In this document: positions 1-12,547 of the stretch, piece after piece
How the letters are laid out: the number at the start of each line of letters is the position of its first letter
Position numbering within the stretch: the stretch's first letter is position 1
NCBI GenBank assembly: GCA_965285935.1
Contig: OZ260664.1
Location: 15,996,001 to 16,060,000 of the forward strand
Direction: 5' to 3'
Length of the DNA stretch: 64,000 nt
DNA from: Ophelia neglecta
Lineage: Eukaryota
Program-made: the position numbers and the translations under genes
Notes under the pieces: generated by a model
What the model was told of the DNA's origin: nothing
Databases searched by the model: none
What the model saw: the letters and a program-made list of their open reading frames with translations, nothing else

Positions 1-827
1 TGTACATGCATATTACCCAATTTCCTAGACTAATAAGTAATCACTGCACGTATTTGACACATACACTTTTATATGTAAAAGCATTTAATTATTTATCTAT
101 CAGTCTATACCTTACAGAAAATCGGCACTTCTAGCCCTAGTAGGGAGTGAGGGTTCCCAGGGACTTGCCCCGCCCCCCCTTCCTTTGCTCCCCAAGCTGT
201 TCCTTAGATGAATGTTATCCACAGGGTGTGGGATAGGTGTCTCCTAACAGTTTGCCATCAGGTAGAGGACATACATGTATGTTATTATGTACAATAATGT
301 ATAGAACCATTCTGTACATCCAACAACCTCTACCCGAAGTTGATCACTTTCTTTTTGCAAAATGATAGATCCAGACCTACACCTCACTCCTATGAGAATT
401 ATTTAGGGAAAAGCATTTCAGAGAATGTTGTGAAGTAGGTGATGAAAATCTCCAGCTACCAGCTACAATTGAAACCACAAAGCCCACTTGGTGTGCCAAA
501 ATTAAGAAAATAAATGAATACTTAAACGTTATAAGTGATCATTTGCAATGACAAGTGGTACCTACAGTACAAGAGGGCACATATTTACTATCACTCTTGG
601 GTTCTAGTCAAAATATTGCCAAGGATACCATATGTGTCTGGATGGAATCTATTGGCTAACCATCCACATATTGAACACCATCTATTGCCATCAGACACTC
701 CACTTTGATGTCAATGGTCCTCCTGGGGGGTTTAAGTGGCAAATCTATCAACATATTGTGATAAACCTCTGATTATCAGACTGTCACATGCAAACCTGCC
801 CCCCTGTTCAAATCAACTCCCTGTCTA

Positions 828-1147
828 AGGCAATCATGTTTTAGTGTTGGTTTATGAAAGTTTTTGACTCATCATTGACATGACGGAAGGAAAAACTAAA
901 AATATAATGGAATAAATTGACACAAGAGGGAGAAATGAAAAAACAGGGTACAGGAACTTGCCAAAATAGCTATAAGAAGTACTTAAACTCAACAGAAAAA
1001 CAGGATAATTAAAAGTACAGGTTCCTAGATCATTTTCCTTTGAAGGGAAAAATAAAATTGGTAATTTCCAATATTGATTTTATTCCAGTTTCCAATAAAA
1101 CTGATCATGGCACTCTTGTAAACCAACATACTAAAAAATGATTGCCT
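828..1147. mobile_element. Probable MITE with ~33-bp terminal inverted repeats
   Basis: AGGCAATCATGTTTTAGTGTTGGTTTA (828) pairs with TAAACCAACATACTAAAAAATGATTGCCT (ends 1147). Confidence 0.6.
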
Positions 1148-2352
1148 CATGCCCCTTCAAAAAAGAGACTTCTTGTCACATGACTGATGACAAAATGAAA
1201 GGCACGGTTGTAATCATTATGCATGAACATGTATGATGATAAATTGTATCTTGCCAAGAGCTTTACAGTTGAGTTACAGCAGTGGCCCAAGGTCTGTCCC
1301 TCAGGCTGGGTACCCATAGTCTGTCCTGGGCCAGGTAGCCCGAGGCCTGCCCCGAGGCCGGGTACTTCACTAGTATTAGTACCCAGACCAGTGGTACAGG
1401 TTTACCACTGTGTGATTAGAACAGTGACATACTGAGGGGCTCTCTGATCCCACTCCTCAGCAGGCCTCAACAGTCTTCAGAGGGCCAGACAATGTCAATG
1501 TGGTGATAACCCTGGCCATTAAAGTGGGCCCACACCACAAATTATGATGGATGAGCTTTTCTGGTAGCCACAACACTTGTAATAAACCTCCACACATTAT
1601 GTAAAGTATATGGTTTTAGTAGCTTCCAGTAAGTAATCATTTACAAAGTTTGCATGTTTAGGTTCACATACATGAACAAGTAATGTACAACCTACCTACA
1701 AGGTAGAAATTAGACATTTGTAGATATAAACACTATTATGAAGTAATAACACTCCAGCATTATTAGGTTGTAGATGTGCACTATAAGAGAGGGGGGCAGT
1801 TTAATCCAGGGGAGGGGTGGGGGAGAAATCACACTAACCAACTATAAAATTAGGAAAGACCAAGGAGGGAATGACTAGAAGAGGGCGGATTAAGGGTGCA
1901 TGGGGTCAGATGTCAAACCCCATAGACCCCCAGCAATGTCCTCCATGTCTGCATCAGCACAATTCAGACAGAAACCAATGAAACGAACTAGTTTGTCCTG
2001 TCCCGCAGCTCTGGAACCTGCAGTGAAACATGGAAAAGACAGATAGAACATGTACTACCCAGGACACACTTCAGGTATCAGCCTAAGGGTGGATACATGT
2101 ATGACAAGTTAAGTTGAATGGAACCTGGTTAAGCTGACATTAATTATTTCTTTATCATCCAGACACAAGTTTATGTGACTGTAGCCAAGAGTTCTTCCAG
2201 CCTGCAGCTGCCCTCATCCTACATGTATAATGATGACTGAATGTCATGAGCAGTGGCTTGGAATGAATGTTATTAAAGAAGGGATCTTCTAGGTTTAATG
2301 ATGCCAGCTAAAATAGATGGAGGACTTCGAAATTGCTTTGTGAAGCCCTTAC

Positions 2353-2369
2353 ATGCATACGAAAGCCAT
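2353..2369 (-). CDS. Candidate alternative first coding exon (MAFVC+AT) of the left-hand gene
   Basis: GAAATG GCT TTC GTA TGC AT|GTAAGG. It has the same phase-2 'AT|GTAAG' junction as exon 9929-10224, and local CpG retention at 2340-2530. Confidence 0.35.
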
Positions 2370-4043
2370 TTCGTTAATAGTCCTCTAGTCTAAATAGCTC
2401 TTTGGTATGCTAAAAGCATCAGATAACTGGCGATAACGCCAGAAAAATCCTTTGATTTTTAACGACAATCAAAGCATTGGATTGCAGGACATGCATGCCT
2501 GTTTACACCAGGCATGCACGTCTGCTTACACGCTTCTCATATCCCCATCTCTGTATGCTTAGCAGGTTCAATACCTGCACTGTTGATCTCATAAAACATT
2601 CAGCTTTCATTTTGTTTCATTTATAGCTGCTTGACATGCACAGTAACTGTAGAATCCATATGATCTGCATGTTGGCAAACAGAAATTCATCTTAGTCTTC
2701 AGATTCATCCTTAAGGTTTACCTGCTCAGGAAGCACTTAATGTCACAAAAAACAACAGTTTGTAGCACTGAACTTTCGATATTGAATTTCAAACTTTCAG
2801 CCCACAGGCACGATATTGCTTTAGACAATGTTCACAATTCTTTATAGTTGCTTCTAACCCCAGTGCAAATATATCATTTCTGAGGCACTGAATGTCAAGT
2901 GTGTTGTTGCTAAAGTAATATCCCTGCCACAGGTGAACTTCTTCTTGGATACTAATTCTGAGCCACACTCTTTAATAAATATGTACATTTATTGTCTGGC
3001 ATGTACTAATATACACCTGGGCATACACCGGTACAGATGTCTGTATAATAACAAACAGCAGCACCAACAATAGTTACATAAGGTTGTACGTACATGGGTT
3101 ATAGAAAACACAATGAAAAGGAAGTGTGTAGCAGAAAATGTTGTACATGAACAGGTACAAGTACATTTTTTGTGTGTAGAATATGTCAAAGGGGGATCAA
3201 TAAATATTAGTAAATATATATTATAGCAGCAAACAACAAAATACTCATGTGGTACAAAACAGCCACAGACCAAGGATTTTTAAGATAAAGAACTGGGAGT
3301 TAGCTCTTAACTGGTAGTGTTTGGAACACATGTCTCACACTTTTATGACCCTCTCTGGGGCAAACTTTGGAAGGAAAATTTGGTGTCTATAGGACCCTAG
3401 ACTACTGACCCCTAGCACGGCAACACCCATAAAACCCCCACCTGTTAGTACAAAAAGAACTTCTTAGACAAGATTTTCCCACATTAAAATCTCCAGTTTA
3501 TTATGATATCTTCTTTATGTAGAATAAAACCTCAACTGTCATCTGTGTTTGTTCTGATTATATAAACAGTGAATATCTGGAGAAACCAGATGTGTCCTTC
3601 ATTTGCATGAAATAAATTCACATCATATATAAACTGAATAATTAACTGTGTGGTATTTCAGTGGAAAAACTATGAACTTGCATATACATGTATGTTGAAC
3701 ATTTTTAGCTCAATTATTTGTTAAATAAAAAAATACATAGGGATAAGATGAATGTACCCCTGTAAATTGAACTAAATTAAAAGCTGTCCTATCAAAATAT
3801 CATTAGAAGTCTCTCTAGGAGAGAAGGGGGGAGGGGAGTTCTGGAGTAGACCCTCCTTCTATAAACAAACATTATATAACATACCCCCAGCATAGTGGAA
3901 AATCAACTGAGAGATCGTCTCTCTGGGCCAGGCCCAGTCAGAGGTGACTGCACCGAGAAAACAGAGGTGACTGCACCGAGAAGACTCGGTAAAAACTGTC
4001 TTAGTGCTACTCTCAACTTCGTGGTTTTCAAAATAATAAAATA

Positions 4044-4222
4044 CAGTGAAACCTGTGAATTGAGACCACCCAAGGGACTGGAAAATACTGGTCTGATTAC
4101 AGAGGTGGTCTGTTTAGACATGTTATTTTACACTTAAACTAAGCAGAATAGTCTTCACAGAAGTGGTCTGAGTTGCCAGGTGGTCTGAATACAGAGTTTG
4201 GTCTTTACAGCAGGTTTCACTG
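4044..4222. mobile_element. Tc1/pogo-type MITE (CAGTGAAACCTG TIR family), copy 1
   Basis: TA-CAGTGAAACCTG...CAGGTTTCACTG with internal GAGGTGGTCT/AGACCACC repeats. Close match to 25948-26125. Confidence 0.85.
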
Positions 4223-5064
4223 TTATAGGATTAATGATATTCCTGGTCAATAAACCTATTGGACATGTATGGGACCATGTTGTTAAATATGCGAGAAATC
4301 CTTTAAAAAGGACATTTTAATGGATCAAACTGTTCCCTTCCAGTGGGGGGGAAAAGTACATTAGGAAACAAGACATGAATTCATTGGACACAGATGCCCC
4401 CCTTTCGGTGTTGTCAATAAATCCAAACTCATAATATTAGTAGACTGTGTTAAATGTTTAGTTGAATACCAGTCGCAGGTTATTTTCAAAGGCAACCTGA
4501 TGGAGAGGCTTCATGGAGAGCGCTAGAGGAGGCACCACTGATAGGAGACTCACAGGGGAGCCTCTCAGCTGAGAGCCATGCACTGGGGAGGGGCCCTGTT
4601 TAAGGGCCCACCCTTGTCCCAAGGCCACCATCAAACAAACAACATTTATAATCAAAATCCAAACAGAAAAAAAATATAGTTCCTGTATAATTACAGAAGG
4701 GTGGGGGGCATCACCAGATGGGAGGGGGGTTTAACATACATGCATTACATGTACGTACTCCTGTGCTTTTTACTTTGTGCAGATATTGTATTGGCAGATG
4801 ATTTAATGACATCCATTGCCGGACTATTGGAACATACACTTGCAGGAGTGGATTATAGGCACATGATTTGGCTGTTCAATTGGGTGTGTAATGACACTGG
4901 CAGCAGACACTTATCAATAACAGCAGGTCTTTCAGCACAGCACAGCAGGGCTGCCCAGGTCTGGAGAACCTTCCAATATACATGTAACTGGTAATCAGCA
5001 CCAGGCCAGGAAAACAGAGGATATGAACCTGTTAATGACAGCAATACAAACCACTACAAGATGT

Positions 5065-5660
5065 CCTGGGGGTCACACGAAGGGAGGGTGGTGTGAAAAA
5101 TATGTCTGCTGGGGTCACTGAGAGGGAGGGGTGGTGCCAAAATACATCTGGGGGGTCACTGAGAGGGAGGGTGGTGTGAAAATACATGGTAAAAGGGGAG
5201 AGGGTCACTGCGAGGATGGGTAGGTGTGAAAATACATCTGCTGGGGTCAATGAGAGGGAGGGGTGGTGCCAAAATACATCTGGGGGGGTCACTGAGAGGG
5301 AGGGATGGTGCCAAAATACAACTGGGGGGTCACTGAGAGGGAGGGTGGTGTGAAAATACATGGTAAGGGGGGAGGGAGGGTCACTAGGAGGACAGGTAGG
5401 TGTCAAATTCATCTGGTGGGGTCACTGGGCGGGGAGGGGTCACTACGAGGGAGGGGGGTGAGGTTGTCAAAATACATCATTGGGGGGAGCACTGGGAAGG
5501 AGGGGTGGGTGTCGAGTACTGTCTACATACAACTGGTGGGGTCACTTAAGTTGGGGCATATGTCACATTTGGAGTGTCACTGGGAGGGGGGGAGGTTGTC
5601 AAAATAAAACTTGGGGGGAGCGGCCAACAGGAGGGAGGGGTGGTGTCAAAATACAACTAG
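5065..5660. repeat. G-rich minisatellite, ~40-bp unit, degenerating rightwards
   Basis: Unit approximately CTGGGGGGTCACTGAGAGGGAGGGTGGTGTGAAAATACAT. It explains the repetitive ORFs at 5032-5677. Confidence 0.9.
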
Positions 5661-6831
5661 TGGTCTTATGTAAATAAATATGGAAACTATCTAATGGTGA
5701 TTTTAGCCAATTAGAAGCCGACCACATGAATAAATGTTTGAAATTTGCACCAATACCAGTTGGTGAATACAGCCTAGACACATTTACATTTCAGGTGATG
5801 ACAGGTGATGATTCCTATTTTGACATGACCCCTAGATCTGTTAGATAATAAGTCTGAGAACAGGAGTACAGGAGCGCCAGTAAACAATGGGAATAGCAGT
5901 AAGCCTGTCTACATTACAAACAGTGTACATGTACAGTGATGATATACATGTACATCAGTACATGTACACACAACTTACCAGCAGTGCTCAGTTACACTGC
6001 TGGCCCATGACAATGAGCTCCAATATTTGTATTACAGCTACAGCAGAAAGTCTGGCCACCTGGCAAAGTAAATTGGAGAAGACTGATTAGAAATATATAA
6101 GACCTAATTTAAGAAATGAAATCTGAAAGTGATATTTCAATGGGATATTAAGAGACCAAATATTTCACAGAGAACAAATGCCTTTGAATTTCACCTGGTG
6201 CACATGTACATGTAGGCTTGGTTAACCCCTTGAGCAAGCCTGCCATCACAGAGGACAGAATCTCAAAGAGAGTCAGGGTTGAAATGGTTAAGACGGCCCC
6301 AAGGCAGAAGGCTCCCTGCCAAATAATGCACAATACACGAAAACTCCATTATGACTCTAACTACAACTTGCTTAGTAGGGCTACTGAAGGATTCTTAAGT
6401 CACTACATGGTACTTCTTTTCAAGGCAAATGGGCACAACTGAAACAAGCAAATTACAATGAAAAAGCTTGAGGCAGTGCCTTGAACAAAAATTCAAATTA
6501 GTTGGACCTGCTGCAGTGGGGGGTAATATATCAAAATCACAAATTCAAATCTCAAGGTTATTTATTGGCTGGTGCAGAAGGGTTGAGACTTGAGAAAAAG
6601 CGTTGAAAGCTTCATGAGTTCCTTGAAAGTGTCTCTGAAGAAAATTCAATTGGTGTAATTAATCAAAATGGCATTTAAATACAGAACATGTCAATATGAA
6701 TACAATTGGGCAGTTCCATAGCTACGCTATACTCATTATGAAATATTCTACATGCATTTACACTTTCTATTGCATTTTTTAACAATGTTTTAAAGATTTA
6801 AAAGCATGGAGACAATGTTAGACAGAAACTG

Positions 6832-7129
6832 CATTCTGTGCAAAATATCTATACCTACTAGTCAGTCGGGCAAGTAGAACTAGAAGGCTACTGGTCTGAA
6901 ATATCTGATACTAGTCCAAATTATACCCCCAAGGATTCACTGTTTGCTCTATTAATTTATTCATTTAATGGAGACAAGTAAACTAATAAATGAGGAAATT
7001 TATTCAAAGTTTAATTTGTCTGTGCTAAAGGGGCACTAGTCCAGTCAGGCTAGTGCCTTGAATCTACACTAGCCCAAATAAACATTGACTAGTCAGCCGG
7101 CTTCGGACTAGTGCTTAAGACACAAACTG
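6832..7129. mobile_element. Degenerate non-autonomous DNA element rich in ACTAGT motifs
   Basis: Repeated ACTAGT/CTAG motifs clustered at both ends. Weak CA.T.TGTG/CACAAACTG termini; no TSD seen. Confidence 0.35.
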
Positions 7130-9928
7130 GCATTGTACCTTTTTATACTGTATGGCATAACAAAGTTATACTGTGCATGTACATGTATTAAGGTCACTTA
7201 TGGTACATGTATGTCCATCTCTCATCAGTAATAAGAAGGACATGTAATTATCTTGTAATATTAAATGTAACAAGATCAGCTATCTAGTATTTCGAAGCTG
7301 TGTTATTCTGAATATTGCATGTCTATCACTCATTGAATCCAAGATCACCTACTTTAATAATCAGCAGCAAATTTATGAATTCATGGTGTGTATGTGCTCC
7401 AGTAAGATTGGGCCAGAGAAAGTGTGCAAGTCTGTAATCATGTCAGCTACCTGAATAGGAGACACAAGGTGTCTGCATGGGAAGTAATTAGAGGATTGAC
7501 AACATCATCTGCTACACTGTCACAGCTACAAGGGATCCAGGCATTATTATGGGGCTGGGGGTGGAGGATGAGGTTCTCAATTTGGTATCTGGACATGTGG
7601 GCTGAAAAATAGGGAAGAAGGGGCTTTTTAAGCCTCCCAATAACCAGCCCACATACTGGGCCTGCATTCACTAGCACCGAAAACCCACCAGCCAGTACAT
7701 GAACTGCACCCACCAGGACCCATGACTCCTGGCTGCATCTGTGAAAATCACCATAAACACAGGGAACACTTACTAGTACTACATGCACTGTTACACCAAC
7801 CCAGCACACAGACGAGTGGTACATGTGTCGGAGGGTAGCTTACTATCCTGTCTAGGGGTTCATAGGAATCCACTGGTCCATAACCCCCATGTTAGGACCT
7901 ATCAACACAGTGAATGATAGTGATATACTAGAAACATCTTCATTTAAACCCACAACACATACAGTATACATGATGTCATGTACCGGTATGTACATGATAA
8001 AATACGTCAACAGCAAAAGACTTATCAGCTATTTTCCATCATACAGTATACATCTACAGAACATGTACTGTATTTATATTTAATTGTCTAGCCTTGATAA
8101 ACTTTCATAGCTTCTATTTTCATGGACAATGCAATAAACATATAATTGCTAAACATTAAAAGTGACATTGACAAGTACCTGATAATGATGGTAAGTGTTA
8201 GAATCATTAGCGACTTGACAATGAAAGCCCTATAAAATTGTGTGAGGTTAATAACATAGAAAATAGTTCAGTTTCCTACTGTCAAAACATAGGAGAAAAA
8301 TTTACATTTTCACCATAGTGACTGCCAAAATGAAATAAACATGATATGACAGATTATGTTTATTGAAAAATCAATATCACTGTGTGTAAGTGATGTCATT
8401 AAAATGTGGTATATTGAACCAAGCCTGGGTACAGGTTAGACTCAGACTGGGATTTTCCCTTGGCCTAAATACGTTCAGCCACTGTAGCTTTAATAGGTAA
8501 TGCAAACATACAATTTTCAAACAGGTGGTCCAGTACAGGTAAAGGTGTCCGATTATACCATTACATTGCAGAGCCCACCTTTCCTTTATTTAAATTGATG
8601 AAAATGTGATTTCCAAAGCCTGAATGTGCATTTGGTTGTTCCCTGCATGTATTACAATCTGTTTCAACTTGTGTTCCAACCAATTTTCATAAGTACATCT
8701 ATTTGTAGTACAACTAAACAGTCTGGAGCATGATTTGTGAGCAATAGAACGATTTGTGTCTTCTTTTCATGATCTAGTGATGATGACCATACCCAGGAGG
8801 CATCAGAGATGATAAATCTAAGTGATAGCTGTCAGAGACAGCAATTTATTAAATGTATTGCACTGGCCAGCTATATTCCACCTTGAGGGGAGAGAGGCAC
8901 TTCTATTGCCATCCATACTGGATATGTGGGGCCAGAAAGGGTGTTGGGGGGGGGGGGGGGTGGTCTCCGTAGATAAGGGTCTATTTTCACACCAAATCCT
9001 TCGACAAGTATCCTTTTTTTTTCTGAAATGTCTTGATTTAAAACATTTTGACCATTTCCAGACAATGGAAAATTGCCAAAACATTGCCTGCATTAATAAA
9101 GATCTGTATTTTGTTTGATATTGATAAGAACCAGACCAGCCTCAACGCCCAGTGTGAATGGCCATATCGCCATTTCAGGAAAACACATGCCCCTTAAAAT
9201 TGCACTATTAAAGGTAGTAGTTTTACCACTGTTCAGGTTTGACGTCAGTGCCTCCCCTGGGTATTCCACCAGATAGTATTCAAGATATCCTTTCTGATGT
9301 GCACAGCAAAATATTAGTGTATACTCTCTATAAGAACAAGCTGTGTTACAATGAAGAGGGTTACTATGAACTCAAAAGGGTAACAACGGCAGTAACCTGT
9401 GTTACCATAAAATTAAAACACTAGTGACATAGAAATAAAACCATGACACAGTAATATAAAATTAATATTAATTAAAACAGGCTGAATTTAATTAACATCC
9501 AACACATTGGTAATTTTTATTGAAATAGCTAGGAGCCATGAATTCTAATTATGCATAATTATTCAGATCTCAGCATTGGGCCGATTATAATAAAATCGGG
9601 TAATTTATGATTCCCTGTCAACTGCACCGAGTGAACTCCAAGCTCTTCAATCAAAAAAATTGACAACACATAATTATAATTAAATAACGTTGTTTGTTTA
9701 CACTGAGATCAGAAGCCGGTAAGAAGGATGTGTCGCATCTAATTAAACCGGGCAATAGCAAACAGAATTTAGCTGTCACTTATTATACGGCGAGATGGCA
9801 ATTACATTGGCACCTGCTGACAACACAACAAGATACAAGTCGGGCCTGAGTTACAACCACTGATTTGGCAGCTACACAATACATAACCTGGAAACCTGCA
9901 GGTTTTGACAGAAAATCACAGCACTTAC

Positions 9929-10224
9929 ATTTGGGTCTCCTCCGAGCTGGTGCTGGAGGAGTCTTCATCCATTTGCCGTTCTTCCTCTGCCCTGATAAGG
10001 GCTTCTTCGTCCAATTCACTTTCATCTGAAGTACTGTCATCTTGCTGGTCTAGGCTTCTGCCAGCTTCGCCGTTTTGTCTCACTCGCTTCGGGGTTGGAG
10101 GAGCGCTCAAGTCACTTTCTGACTCTTCTGTGGCGGCTCCAACGTGAACCACTGAGTTAATGCTGCTTTGGTCATCGCTTGAGGTAGAGCTGTACACGTC
10201 TTGGAATTCCTGTGCAGTTTCCAT
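9929..10224 (-). CDS. First coding exon of an unidentified gene (acidic/Ser-rich N-terminus with PKRVR NLS-like motif); remainder probably left of the window
   Basis: ATG 10224 opens METAQEFQDVYSSTSSDDQ...PPTPKRVRQ...DEDSSSTSSEETQ. The frame ends at a consensus donor AT|GTAAGT (9929/9928, phase 2). It lies in a CpG-rich patch with promoter motifs directly upstream. Confidence 0.75.
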
Positions 10225-10284
10225 CTCGGGAAATGATTCTAATTCACGTCTAATCGGGGGAAGCGAAAACAATGAACATCTTGG

Positions 10285-10415
10285 CTTCGCGCCATCTTGC
10301 TTTGTATTCCCCACCTCTGGTGCTGTGTTTGTGTCACGTGACTGGGCACTGCGCCGCATCCCTGTTAGAGGGCAGCAGCGGGGCTATGAGTGGGCAAGGC
10401 AATGATTCATATTGG
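10285..10415 (-). promoter_or_regulatory. Housekeeping-type promoter of the 10224 gene
   Basis: YY1-type CAAGATGGCG (10290-10299, minus), palindromic E-box/CLEAR GTCACGTGAC (10333-10342), CTCF-like AGAGGGCAGCA (10367-10377) and CCAAT box (10411-10415), within local CpG enrichment. Confidence 0.6.
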
Positions 10416-11794
10416 ATGCTAATCATAGAATGATGTGGAAAGCGCTGAACAATCGCTGGAACATTTTTCTAAGTAAAAACTGGCACTTTTTATGTTCAAG
10501 AAGACTGACACAGAGCTTCAAGAACTATGTAAAAGTGTCTGGTAAAAATCCAAGACTTTGTTTTTTTTATTGTTGCCAGGGAATTGCTCAACCGGTTGCT
10601 CATAACCTCTATTTATGAAATTTAATATGAAATACATTTTCTCAATGTTCCCATAGACTGTATATTAAATCCTATGGATTCTAAAGGAATATGATGTGGG
10701 CGCTCTTGAATGGATGGTCCTGTATATTAAAAAAAGGTGTTAGTATCTGTGAATTGTTAGAATCACCGTTGTGCCTGTGCCTCAATAAATTTTAGCCATG
10801 TTTAGTTGAAAATAATGTGCACATTCAGCATGTTAATCATTTAAACTCTTGTCATCTACAATTATAGTGGGTTCATTATCAAAACCGGATAAAAAATTAA
10901 GCAACAAAAAAATTGGACATAAATGCATTACTTATATCATAATTGAACTACAAAAAACCAATATTTGAATTTTTTTTGCCATAATTAATAGAATATAAAT
11001 TAATTGAATATTAGAACCTTATATAGTCGGGGAATAATATTGCCCTACTGTATGTAGGTATCCGATCTAGATAATTCTTGATTTCGGTACTAAAATAACT
11101 TGCAATAATATTTAATCTTAGCTTATCTTAGGTTTATTCAATATGGTTGGGATCATTTTAATTTCATGTATGTTTTGTTGTCATATACATGTAAACAGAA
11201 GAAAAACATGTTAAGGTTATCACATAAAATTATGGCCAAATTTATTCTCTCATTCTTTTCACAAGTGGATTGTGCCATAGATATCATACATAATTGTATC
11301 AAGATAAATATATCTTCTTAACCATTTGATGATAATCCGTAAAAAACAAAACATAAAAAAAAAGTATATGTTTGGGTGCCTCACCAAACTAGTCTAACAA
11401 AATAATAGAAGCACATATTGGTAATAAAACAATGTATAATTGCCTACAAATTACATGAGCTTGTGATCACATATAATCTGGACCCTCTTTTATTGATTTA
11501 AACCTATCTATCGCCATCTACATATATTGTGTTCTAAGTACATGTATCATTTTACAGTGTTAGCTCAATATATGTATCTATACATGTGCACACTGCTGTA
11601 CAATCTGATTGAGTCTGAATGCAACTCTATTAATATACAGATTTTAGGTGGATTACCAGATAACTAAGATCTCAAATAATAAATTAATAATGAGCAATCA
11701 TCAGTTACGCTGAAATAATTGATATTTTTTTTTACATCAAACACATAGAGAGAAATTATCTACAGCTTGTCCCAGTGGGATATATTTGGGCTGG

Positions 11795-12045
11795 GTGACA
11801 GAGGGGTTATGAACCTTAGTGGTGTCAGAGGGGAGGGGAGGGGGGGGGAGAACCCATAGCAGTGTAAGAGGAGGTGAGGACACCTAGGGGTATCAGAGGG
11901 GTAATGATAAGTACCCCCAGCACAGTCAGAGGGGTGATTAACCCTAGCAGCGTCAGAGAGAACCCCAAGTGGTGTCAGAGGGGTGTGAAACCATAGCTTT
12001 ATCAGAGGGTTGATTACCCCAGGTGGTATGACAGGGGTAGGGACC
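11795..12045. repeat. Degenerate ~30-bp minisatellite
   Basis: Recurring CCC.AG.GGTGTCAGAGGGG units. Confidence 0.7.
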
Positions 12046-12368
12046 CTTAATTTAACAATCTGCTACTAAAAGGTCAAAATTTATGTATAATGCAAATCTG
12101 GTACCAGTCACTTTTTTTTTTCAAATTGTATACTTGATAAAGGCCCCCCACCATTGATAACACTTTGCCAATTACCGTTTCTTCACTGCTTGCCGGCCTG
12201 CTTGGTCTGTATGCTCCAATTAATCCGGGCATCTCTTTTAGCCTTTTTCAAATGCTTCATATTCTAAATATGTCTCAACATGGTTGGTCCAGTGCTAAAA
12301 GTTTTTTTTTTAAATAAAATATTGGAAGGTTTTCAGCAGGGTGTGTGCAGAACCAGAAATGCAAAATA

Positions 12369-12547
12369 CAGTGAAACCTGTGTTTGTGGTCACCTGTGTA
12401 ATAAGGTCACCTGCCCACTAAGGTCACTTAATATTACCCCAATCTCCATTTATGCCTGTGTTAACTGACCTGCCTATTGAGGTCACCTACATAATGTGGT
12501 CAGTTTTTTCCAGTCCCTTGACTGACCTGATTAGGCAGGTTTCACTG
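12369..12547. mobile_element. Tc1/pogo-type MITE, same TIR, different subfamily
   Basis: TA-CAGTGAAACCTG...CAGGTTTCACTG-TA, 179 bp, with internal GGTCACCTG repeats. Confidence 0.85.

Noticed and set aside
1950-2017. Possible exon 2 of the left-hand gene after the TTTCACTGCAG acceptor
   Set aside because: The phase-2 frame stops after about 21 codons and there is no convincing donor.
2562-2578. GCAGG-TTCAATA-CCTGC, a perfect tRNA T-arm/B-box-like hairpin
   Set aside because: No acceptor stem, D arm or anticodon arm can be formed around it, so it is not a tRNA gene.
5032-5677. Repetitive ORFs and a possible CRISPR-like array
   Set aside because: Head-to-tail minisatellite with no unique spacers, in eukaryotic DNA with no cas genes.
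8776-8840. C/D-box snoRNA candidate (GTGATGATGA)
   Set aside because: Antisense to the host intron, with no properly placed CTGA box or terminal stem.
9929-10224. Assigning a gene name (e.g. FBXW7- or SIRT1-like) to the acidic first exon
   Set aside because: Low-complexity sequence with no diagnostic domain inside the window.
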